This document shows, piece after piece, positions 57,472 through 64,000 of a stretch of DNA of 64,000 nucleotides (its first letter is position 1; each line of letters begins with the position of its first letter). The position numbers and the translations under genes are program-made. Below the pieces are notes generated by a model that worked only from the letters and a program-made list of their open reading frames with translations, was not told where the DNA came from and did not search any database. Source of the stretch: Patescibacteria group bacterium. Lineage in GTDB: Bacteria > Patescibacteriota > Minisyncoccia > Phycocordibacterales > PALSA-1337. The stretch spans positions 136,131 to 200,130 of the forward strand of contig JAZKBV010000002.1 of assembly GCA_040388415.1 (NCBI GenBank), given 5' to 3'.

Positions 57472-58239
57472 ATGATTAAGATAAAGACAAAGGAAGATAT
57501 AGCTATCTTGCGCGAAGGTGGACGCCGTCATGGCGCTATTCTGCGTCAGTTGGCAGCTATGGTCGCTCCTGGTGTGCATGCGCGAGATCTTGAAAATCGT
57601 ACTCGAGAGCTTATTGCAGAGGGAGGTGATACTGCAGCTTTTCTCAACTACACTCCTTCGGGCGCCGATAGACCTTTTCCTGCAGCGCTTTGTCTCTCGA
57701 TAAATGATGAAGTCGTTCACGGTATTCCTAATGAAGAAGATAAGGTGCTCATGGAAGGTGATATCGTTACGCTCGACCTCGGCTTGGTTCACAAAGGTCT
57801 CATTACAGACGCCGCAGTAACCGTCGCAGTGGGCGCGATCACTCCTGAGCGAGCAGTGCTCCTCTCAAAGACAAAAGAAGCCCTCCAAGCCGGTATACGG
57901 GCTGCCAAAGGGGGTAAGAAGGTGGGTGATATCAGCAGTGCCATCGAACGCATCGGTATCTCAGCAAAGTTCGGCATCGTCGAAGAGCTCGCTGGTCACG
58001 GTGTTGGTTATCATGTTCACGAAGATCCATTCATACCTAACTATGGCGAAGCAGGAAAGGGTCCGCTTTTAAAACCTGGGATGGTCATTGCTATAGAACC
58101 TATTTTCAATCTTGGAGACCGACATGTTGAGCTTGATCTCGATGGGTATACATACAAGACCGTTGATGGCAGTCCAAGCGCGCATTTTGAACATACCGTA
58201 CTTATCACCAAAGGAGATGCGGAGATTTTGACGGCATAG
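57472..58239 (+). CDS. map: Methionine aminopeptidase type I
   Basis: SINDEVVHGIP, DLG..D, GHGVG..HEDP, AIEP, SAHFEHT. Confidence 0.97.
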   Translation: MIKIKTKEDIAILREGGRRHGAILRQLAAMVAPGVHARDLENRTRELIAEGGDTAAFLNYTPSGADRPFPAALCLSINDEVVHGIPNEEDKVLMEGDIVTLDLGLVHKGLITDAAVTVAVGAITPERAVLLSKTKEALQAGIRAAKGGKKVGDISSAIERIGISAKFGIVEELAGHGVGYHVHEDPFIPNYGEAGKGPLLKPGMVIAIEPIFNLGDRHVELDLDGYTYKTVDGSPSAHFEHTVLITKGDAEILTA

Positions 58240-58242
58240 AAA

Positions 58243-58276
58243 TAGAGATAAGAGCCAGGATGTAGGAGCTAAGAAA
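58243..58276 (+). repeat. Tandem degenerate 7-mers of the same family as the rpsL-leader array
   Basis: tagaga taagagc caggatg taggagc taagaaa; shares TAGAGATAAGAGC with the 21.08 kb array. Confidence 0.7.
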
Positions 58277-58297
58277 AAAATACGCTACAATGGCAGA

Positions 58298-58906
58298 ATG
58301 AATTCACATCCAAAGCACGAACGAACACTTGTTATTATCAAACCTGACGGCATCCAACGAGCCCTCATTGGAGAAGTTATCAGCCGCTATGAGCGTGTCG
58401 GACTCAAGCTTGTTGCCATGAAGATGGTCGTGCCAACACATGATATGGTTGAGGCACACTATACGCTCGATAAAGAATGGAAATTTAATGTTGGAAAGAA
58501 AAATATTAAGGCATACATAGATAAAGGTCTTAAACCGCCTCATGAAGACCCAATGGAACATGCGGAAATGATTTTGAAGAAGTTAAAAAATTATATGGCG
58601 AGCGGACCAGTCATACCGATGGTATGGCAAGGTGCTGATGCGGTTTCAATCGTACGTAAAATCACTGGTGGCACAGAGCCACTCTTGGCAGCGATGGGAA
58701 CTATCCGTGGTGACTATGTCCTCGATTCATACAAGATCGCGGATACTGATATCCGTGCAGTTAGAAATATCGTTCACGCATCAGGATCAGTATCAGAGGC
58801 AAATCACGAGATTAGTCACTGGTTTAAAGATGATGAGCTTGTTGACTATCGTTTGATCAGCGACGCTATCTTGTATGATGTTGATATTACATCGACAAAT
58901 AATTAA
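58298..58906 (+). CDS. ndk: Nucleoside diphosphate kinase
   Basis: ERTLVIIKPDG, SGPV, GTIRGDY, RNIVHASGS. Confidence 0.95.
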   Translation: MNSHPKHERTLVIIKPDGIQRALIGEVISRYERVGLKLVAMKMVVPTHDMVEAHYTLDKEWKFNVGKKNIKAYIDKGLKPPHEDPMEHAEMILKKLKNYMASGPVIPMVWQGADAVSIVRKITGGTEPLLAAMGTIRGDYVLDSYKIADTDIRAVRNIVHASGSVSEANHEISHWFKDDELVDYRLISDAILYDVDITSTNN

Positions 58907-58950
58907 TTTTGTTTGTTGTCAAAGAAAATGGTGTAACGCTATATTCACAC

Positions 58951-58978
58951 TTGCATTGTTCGTAGGGAGGAATACAAT
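58951..58978 (+). promoter_or_regulatory. Sigma70-type promoter of the candidate ncRNA
   Basis: TTGCAT-16-TACAAT. Confidence 0.65.
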
Positions 58979-58984
58979 AAGTAC

Positions 58985-59118
58985 AGGTTGCGAGAGTTAA
59001 ACCCTAAACTTTTCAACGGATAGGTCGATCAGCTCTTGAAGCTAGCGTTCGCTTACACCTTGGTGTGCCAGCGATAGACCCTCCACCTAGAATATCTAGG
59101 TCTGACTCTCGCAATCCT
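58985..59118 (+). ncRNA. 6S RNA-like structured RNA
   Basis: Closing stem GGTTGCGAGAGTTAAACC/GGTCTGACTCTCGCAATC, central unpaired bubble of about 18-19 nt per side, inner stem GGTCGATC/GATAGACC; own promoter and terminator. Confidence 0.65.
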
Positions 59119-59120
59119 TA

Positions 59121-59163
59121 GTAAAACATCTCTCTATCTGCTGATAGTGAGGTGTTTTACTTT
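59121..59163 (+). terminator. Terminator after the ncRNA
   Basis: GTAAAACATCTC.CTATC-tgct-GATAG.GAGGTGTTTTAC+TTT. Confidence 0.75.
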
Positions 59164-59186
59164 ACCCAAAAGGCTATAATATCCCC

Positions 59187-60545
59187 ATGAATTCAAATAA
59201 AATCATCTTCTGCACAGGCGTCGGAACAGTCACGGGCGCAAACTTCCTTTTTGAAGCTGGGGGCAAGAAGATCCTCGTTGACTGCGGCATGGTCCAAGGG
59301 GAGAGAGTGGCACAACAGCAGAACTATGAGCCGTTTGGCTATGATGTTTCATCGATCGATTTTCTTTTTATTACTCATGCTCATCTCGACCATGTGGGAC
59401 GTATCCCAAAGCTTGTCAAAGAAGGTTTCAGGGGCGTCATTTACTCGACACCAGAGACGGAAGAGCTTGCGGAGCTTGTCTTGAATGATGCGGTCAACAT
59501 TCTCACTATGGAAGCAGAACAAAATGGCATTGAACCACTCTATACAGTTGACGATGTTGCTCAAGTCTTTCCGCTCTGGAAAACGATTGCCTATCATGAA
59601 AAGTTTGAGGTGACGCCAGGTGTTTCAGTCTTTCTCAAAGATGCGGGACATATTCTCGGTTCGAGCATGTTTGAGTTTACCGTCGGAGATAAGAAGATTC
59701 TTTTTACTGGAGATTTAGGCAATTCGCCTGCACCGCTCTTGCGTGATACAGAGCCAGTAGGCGACGTCGATTATCTCATCATGGAAAGCGTCTACGGCGA
59801 CCGCAATCACAATACGCGTGAAAATCGTTTGGAAGAATTTACACATGTCATCACTGAGACGCTGGCTCGCGGAGGTACGCTGGTCATCCCTGCTTTTTCA
59901 ATTGATCGTACCCAAGTTCTACTATATGAATTGAACAACTTGGTCAAAGATAAAAAGATCCCTTCAGTACCCGTATTCCTCGACTCGCCGATGGGGGAGA
60001 AAGCTACTGCTATATATCGCGCAAGCACAGAATTTTTCAACCCAGCTGCACAACAGCAGATTCGCAATGGCGATGATGTCTTTTCATTTCCGCATCTTAC
60101 GTTCGTTGAGTCACAGCATGAGTCGCAGGGCATCGACCATTTGAAGGGCGCCAAGATCATTCTCGCTGGTTCGGGCATGTCAGTCGGCGGGCGTGTCATC
60201 GGGCATGAGCAACATTTCCTTGGTGATCCAAGGAGCACTATTCTCCTTGTTGGTTATCAAGCGTCTGGCTCGCTCGGACGTGAGCTTGCCGATGGAGGAA
60301 AGAAAGTCACTATCCATGGTCAGAAGATAGAAGTGAAAGCGCATATCGAAACGTTGTATGGGTACTCAGCTCATAAGGATGGCGATCATCTGGTGGAGTT
60401 TGTTTCTACTGGAACTGATAGGCTCAAGGAGGTGTTTGTGGTTATGGGTGAGCCAGGAGCTTCGATGCATCTCGCACAGCGTCTCAATGATGAGCTCAAT
60501 GTGAAGGCTATTGTGCCAGAGAGGATGAAGGAGTATGTGGTTTAG
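59187..60545 (+). CDS. MBL-fold beta-CASP ribonuclease (YSH1-like)
   Basis: LVDCG, THAHLDHVG, AGHILGS, FTGD, MESVYG, SAH. Confidence 0.9.
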   Translation: MNSNKIIFCTGVGTVTGANFLFEAGGKKILVDCGMVQGERVAQQQNYEPFGYDVSSIDFLFITHAHLDHVGRIPKLVKEGFRGVIYSTPETEELAELVLNDAVNILTMEAEQNGIEPLYTVDDVAQVFPLWKTIAYHEKFEVTPGVSVFLKDAGHILGSSMFEFTVGDKKILFTGDLGNSPAPLLRDTEPVGDVDYLIMESVYGDRNHNTRENRLEEFTHVITETLARGGTLVIPAFSIDRTQVLLYELNNLVKDKKIPSVPVFLDSPMGEKATAIYRASTEFFNPAAQQQIRNGDDVFSFPHLTFVESQHESQGIDHLKGAKIILAGSGMSVGGRVIGHEQHFLGDPRSTILLVGYQASGSLGRELADGGKKVTIHGQKIEVKAHIETLYGYSAHKDGDHLVEFVSTGTDRLKEVFVVMGEPGASMHLAQRLNDELNVKAIVPERMKEYVV

Positions 60546-60557
60546 TTCAACAAGGCT

Positions 60558-61115
60558 ATGATCGTCTATAAAGGTAAAAATATTCAGTTGATTGCAGAAG
60601 CTAAAACAACTTCTCCTTTTGGATATTCTTCAAATAAAAACTGGGATGAGTTATTTGCCGTAGCTGAAAAGTTTGGCGATATCATTTCTATCCATACTGA
60701 TGCTCGTTGGGGCGGCTCATTTGATTTAATTAGCAAGGCAAAATCTCTGACGGATAAGCCTATTCTTGCAAAGGGTATACATGAGACTGATGATTTGATT
60801 GAGCGGGCAGTAGAGGCTGGCGCTGATTATATTTTGGTCGTTGGACGCATTCCTAAAATCCATACAGATAAGTGTCTGATCGAACCTCTGACATTAGCCG
60901 AATTAAAAACTATTCCTCATGATATGAAAGTGGTTTGGAATAGCAGAGATCTGGCCACCGGAGGATTGAAAACAGAAACCTTTGAAGAAGCAAGAAAGAT
61001 ATTTCCTGGATGGTTGTGTCAGGCCAGTAATATTAAAAGTGTGGAGGATATGCAAGAGGGAGCTGATGCGGTGTTGGTGGGGCAGGGGCTTGAGGGGTTT
61101 GTTAGGTATCTGTAG
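60558..61115 (+). CDS. Truncated indole-3-glycerol-phosphate-synthase-like TIM-barrel protein
   Basis: LIAEAKTTSP, ISIHT, PILAK, GAD, NSRDL, ADAVLVG; about 185 aa, no other trp genes nearby. Confidence 0.6.
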   Translation: MIVYKGKNIQLIAEAKTTSPFGYSSNKNWDELFAVAEKFGDIISIHTDARWGGSFDLISKAKSLTDKPILAKGIHETDDLIERAVEAGADYILVVGRIPKIHTDKCLIEPLTLAELKTIPHDMKVVWNSRDLATGGLKTETFEEARKIFPGWLCQASNIKSVEDMQEGADAVLVGQGLEGFVRYL

Positions 61116-61168
61116 TTGTAAAAGTAACTAGAAAAGTAAGAAACAAATTTGATTCAAAAGTTGTAAAC

Positions 61169-61200
61169 AAAAAACCCGCTACTTAGAGCGGGTTTCTTTT
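61169..61200. terminator. Bidirectional terminator
   Basis: AAAAAACCCGCT-acttag-AGCGGGTTTCTTT. Confidence 0.8.
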
Positions 61201-61214
61201 ATATATCTGAAAGA

Positions 61215-61568
61215 TTATTTCGTAACCGAAGCGACAACTCTCTTGAAAGCCTCAGGCTTGAACTCAGCGAGGTGAGCGAGAGCCTTGCGGTCGAGGAGGA
61301 TACCAGCTTTCTTTGCTGAACCCATCCACTTGCTGTATGAGAGCTTTGCATCGATGGCACGGAGACCAGCGTTGATCTTGACGTTCCAGAGACGGCGCAT
61401 GTCGCCCTTCTTGTCGCGACGGTGAGCGAAGGCATAGGCACCAGCGTGCTGGAGAGCTTCGATAGCAGCCTTTTCATTTGTTGAACGGCGGAAACGGAAA
61501 CCCTTCGTCTGCTTGAGGATATTACGGCGATTCTTTAATGCATTGACTCCTTTTTTGACACGTACCAT
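61215..61568 (-). CDS. rplT: 50S ribosomal protein L20
   Basis: RVKKG, KGF, YAFAHRR.KK..MRRLWNVKINAG, LDRKALA. Confidence 0.98.
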   Translation of the reverse strand: MVRVKKGVNALKNRRNILKQTKGFRFRRSTNEKAAIEALQHAGAYAFAHRRDKKGDMRRLWNVKINAGLRAIDAKLSYSKWMGSAKKAGILLDRKALAHLAEFKPEAFKRVVASVTK

Positions 61569-61605
61569 AGTAGTAAGATTAAGTGATTAAATAAGTAAAA
61601 GGGAA

Positions 61606-61803
61606 CTAGAAACTGGTTGAAAGAAAACGACTGCGAGCCTTGTTATCCATCGTGATGACCTGTGTGCGACGCTTGCTTGTGCTTGTGCCACTGCGCTCCT
61701 TTGCATTGTAATGGTTCTGACCTGGCTTGCGAGCGATGAGCTTACCGTTCTTGGTAACCTTGATGCGCTTCAAGTATGATTTATTTGTTTTTGTTGTAGA
61801 CAT
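61606..61803 (-). CDS. rpmI: 50S ribosomal protein L35
   Basis: KTNKSYLKRIKVTKNGK; position in infC-rpmI-rplT. Confidence 0.93.
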   Translation of the reverse strand: MSTTKTNKSYLKRIKVTKNGKLIARKPGQNHYNAKERSGTSTSKRRTQVITMDNKARSRFLSTSF

Positions 61804-61834
61804 GGTATTAAAAGTTATTGTTTCTTATTATTGA

Positions 61835-62341
61835 TTATTTTTTCTCCAAATACACCGTAAGTCCCTTAGGTCCCTTCACGGGTTCTTGGGCAATCTTGTA
61901 TTCGACAGTGATGAGCTTCAAGATGCGTTCGAGGCGCTCTTTGAGGAAGTTGAGATCCATGAACTTCGAGCGTCCGACGAGGTAGAGGTCCACTTTGACG
62001 CGGTTACCTTCTGACAACCACTCAGAAGCCTTTTTCGCTTTGAGTTCGAGATCATGTTCGCCAGTACCTATCTTGACCTGAACGCTTTTGAGTTCACTGA
62101 TCTGGGTACGTGCCTTGGCGACCTTCTCCTTCTTTTTTTCATCGTACTGGTACTTGCCATAATCCATAATCTTGGCAACAGGAGGGACTGCCGTAGGGGA
62201 GATCTCAATGAGATCAAGTCCGCGAGCTTTGGCCTCTGCCAATGCCTTGTCTGTGGTTATAACACCCAGGTTTTCACCTTCGGCTGTGATAACGCGCAGT
62301 TCTGGCGCTTTTATTTGGTGATTTATACGTGCTTTCATCAA
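61835..62341 (-). CDS. infC: Translation initiation factor IF-3
   Basis: RINHQI, LDLIEISP, PPVAKIMDYGKY, HDLELK. Confidence 0.97.
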   Translation of the reverse strand: MMKARINHQIKAPELRVITAEGENLGVITTDKALAEAKARGLDLIEISPTAVPPVAKIMDYGKYQYDEKKKEKVAKARTQISELKSVQVKIGTGEHDLELKAKKASEWLSEGNRVKVDLYLVGRSKFMDLNFLKERLERILKLITVEYKIAQEPVKGPKGLTVYLEKK

Positions 62342-62417
62342 TAGATTACAGGCTGTATTTATAGCATAGAAGTAGGCAAGAACGCAAGTGAAAAGGCGTA
62401 AGTTAGCCCTATTGGCT

Positions 62418-63497
62418 CTACAAAAACTTTCTCACAAATGTAATGAGTTTTTCCGGTATCTTCTCAATGAAGAACCGGTTTTTCCATTCAGGGTATAAGA
62501 CTTCTTTTGAATCCTGCATATCTCGGACAAAGAATGCGGCAAGCTCCTCAGCGAAGCGCCCATTACGACTGACGATGTTTGCTTCAAAGTTATAGAGCAG
62601 GCTGACTCGGTCGAGATTCATAGTGCCAACAGTTGCCCATTCACCATCGATGACAGCAGTTTTGGCATGAATCATATTTCCTGAATAGAGGAATATGCGG
62701 ACACCTGAAGAAAGAAGGGTATTGAAATATGATCGCGCACCGAGGTCGACCGCATAGTAGTTTGAGTTTTCTGGGATGATGATGCGCACATCGACGCCAC
62801 GGCGTGCTGCTAGGCGGAAGATACGGACAAGGCGACGGGTGGGGACGAAATAGGGATTAGTAATATAAATATATTTTCGAGCTGAGCGGACCGCTTCGAT
62901 GAGCTCGGTATAAATGTGGCGACGACGCGGCGCGGGGTAGTTGGTGATATAGCGGAATTCATGGTTACGGACATGGATGCGCTCGGGCATGGCGAGCGCA
63001 TGAGTAGCTCGTGCCCACATACGGTCAAATGCATTTTTCATTTCTTGCACCACTGACCCTTCGAGGCGTAGGTTGGTGTCACGCCAGCTTTGCATAGGTT
63101 CATAGACGCACATACTGCCGGTAAAGCCGATACGGTTGTCTATGACGAGCGTGCGACGGTGATTGCGGAAGAACCAGGCGCGGAAGTTAGGTATCTTCGA
63201 GTAGTCAGGTATGAGCGTTTTCCAAAAGATGAGCTCAATACCTTTCTTTTTGAGGTCCTCAGCGATGTTCGAGCCCCATAGGGTGAAGCTTCCTGCTGCG
63301 TCCCAGAGGAAGCGGACTTTTACTCCCTGGGCAGCGCGTTCGGTGCAGATGTCCATGAGTTTTTTGCCAAATTCATCTGCGACGAATATGTACTGTTCGA
63401 GGACGATACTCTCTTTTGCTTGGGCGCAGTCGGCGAGCATTGCTGCCCACGCCTCTTCATTCGATGAGTAGAGGTTCCAGGTCGTTTCGTGATTCAT
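62418..63497 (-). CDS. Cardiolipin synthase-like phospholipase D (ClsB-type, no N-terminal TM)
   Basis: Two PLD motifs NHRRTLVID and HAKTAVID, WRDT, NPYFVP; start ATG at 63497. Confidence 0.88.
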   Translation of the reverse strand: MNHETTWNLYSSNEEAWAAMLADCAQAKESIVLEQYIFVADEFGKKLMDICTERAAQGVKVRFLWDAAGSFTLWGSNIAEDLKKKGIELIFWKTLIPDYSKIPNFRAWFFRNHRRTLVIDNRIGFTGSMCVYEPMQSWRDTNLRLEGSVVQEMKNAFDRMWARATHALAMPERIHVRNHEFRYITNYPAPRRRHIYTELIEAVRSARKYIYITNPYFVPTRRLVRIFRLAARRGVDVRIIIPENSNYYAVDLGARSYFNTLLSSGVRIFLYSGNMIHAKTAVIDGEWATVGTMNLDRVSLLYNFEANIVSRNGRFAEELAAFFVRDMQDSKEVLYPEWKNRFFIEKIPEKLITFVRKFL

Positions 63498-63535
63498 AAA
63501 GACAAGTATAGGGTATATAGTGTAAAGTATAAAGC

Positions 63536-63979
63536 ATGATTCTGATTGATTATCGCAAAGCCCACTTCGAATATGAGATCCTCGAGAAATACGAGGCTGG
63601 CATCGAGCTGCTCGGTTTCGAGGTAAAGTCACTCAGAAACAAGCATGGTTCACTCGATGGTGCATATGTTCTCGTAAAAGGAGGGGAGGCTTTCATTCAA
63701 AACATGCTTATCTCTCCATATCAGGAGAAGAATACGCCGAAGGATTATGAGCCTCGTCGTCATCGTCGGTTGATAATGAGGAAGAAGGAAATTGCTGCAA
63801 TCGCGGACACGGAGAAGGGTTTGACAGTAGTGCCAATTTCACTGTATACTAAGAATAATCTTATCAAGGTCACGGTTGCTCTCGTTCGTGGAAAGAAGAA
63901 ATATGACAAGAGGGAAACGACGAAGAAGCGTGAGGCTGATAGGGAAATGGGCAGAACGTTGAGAACTAAACTTCAGTAG
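63536..63979 (+). CDS. smpB: SsrA-binding protein
   Basis: KAHFEYEILEKYEAGIEL.G.EVKSLR, GKKKYDKRE. Confidence 0.97.
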   Translation: MILIDYRKAHFEYEILEKYEAGIELLGFEVKSLRNKHGSLDGAYVLVKGGEAFIQNMLISPYQEKNTPKDYEPRRHRRLIMRKKEIAAIADTEKGLTVVPISLYTKNNLIKVTVALVRGKKKYDKRETTKKREADREMGRTLRTKLQ

Positions 63980-64000
63980 TCAGAAAGTTGACTACTACTG

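Noticed and set aside
58985-59118. SRP RNA or tmRNA identity for the structured RNA
   Set aside because: No SRP helix 8 motif (CAGG...GGAA...AGCAG) and no tRNA-like ends; the rod-and-bubble shape fits 6S better
19366-63632. N-terminal extensions of the ORF-track calls for S2P, dapB, rpsS, the PLP enzyme and cls
   Set aside because: The extensions run through promoters, leaders or neighbouring genes; downstream ATGs match the family N-termini
1-64000. CRISPR array, tRNA, rRNA, transposase or integrase
   Set aside because: No regularly spaced 25-45 nt repeats with unique spacers, no cloverleaf or rRNA-like sequence, and no recombinase motifs seen by eye
1-64000. Alternative genetic code (TGA as Gly, as in Gracilibacteria)
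   Set aside because: Conserved genes are full length in code 11, and dapB, dapL and the DUF5678-like gene end at TGA at sensible positions

Overview
A 64 kb chromosomal segment that looks like a Patescibacteria/CPR (Parcubacteria-like) bacterium using genetic code 11. The lineage is inferred from the missing rpmD (L30) between rpsE and rplO, the short L24, AT-rich leaders without Shine-Dalgarno sites on core genes, and a type IV pilus/ComEC gene set. The window holds the str-S10-spc ribosomal protein superoperon (rpsL to secY, adk, map), which is interrupted five times by inserted genes, most with their own promoters. The inserts are a small-protein/aspartyl-protease pair, an 8.4 kb block of paralogous secreted surface proteins, dapL/GlcG-like/lysA, PIF1 helicase/MazF-like toxin/folC, and a SAM-riboswitch-controlled trans-sulfuration enzyme. 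Also present are nusA, ppa, pilB-pilC with four minor pilins, tpiA-pgk, recJ-rnhA, a split comEC, sod, dapB, ndk, a beta-CASP nuclease, infC-rpmI-rplT, cls and smpB. The strongest leads are absent from the ORF track or unexplained by it: a leader-peptide attenuator before folC, a 6S-like RNA, a DnaA-box/promoter/hairpin module repeated before surface-protein genes along with a stand-alone DnaA domain IV protein, a Val/His/Lys amphipathic micro-ORF after rplB, a hairpin around the stop codon of an orphan MazF-like gene, and dispersed degenerate 7-mer arrays. All calls come from motif recognition by eye; no searches were run.
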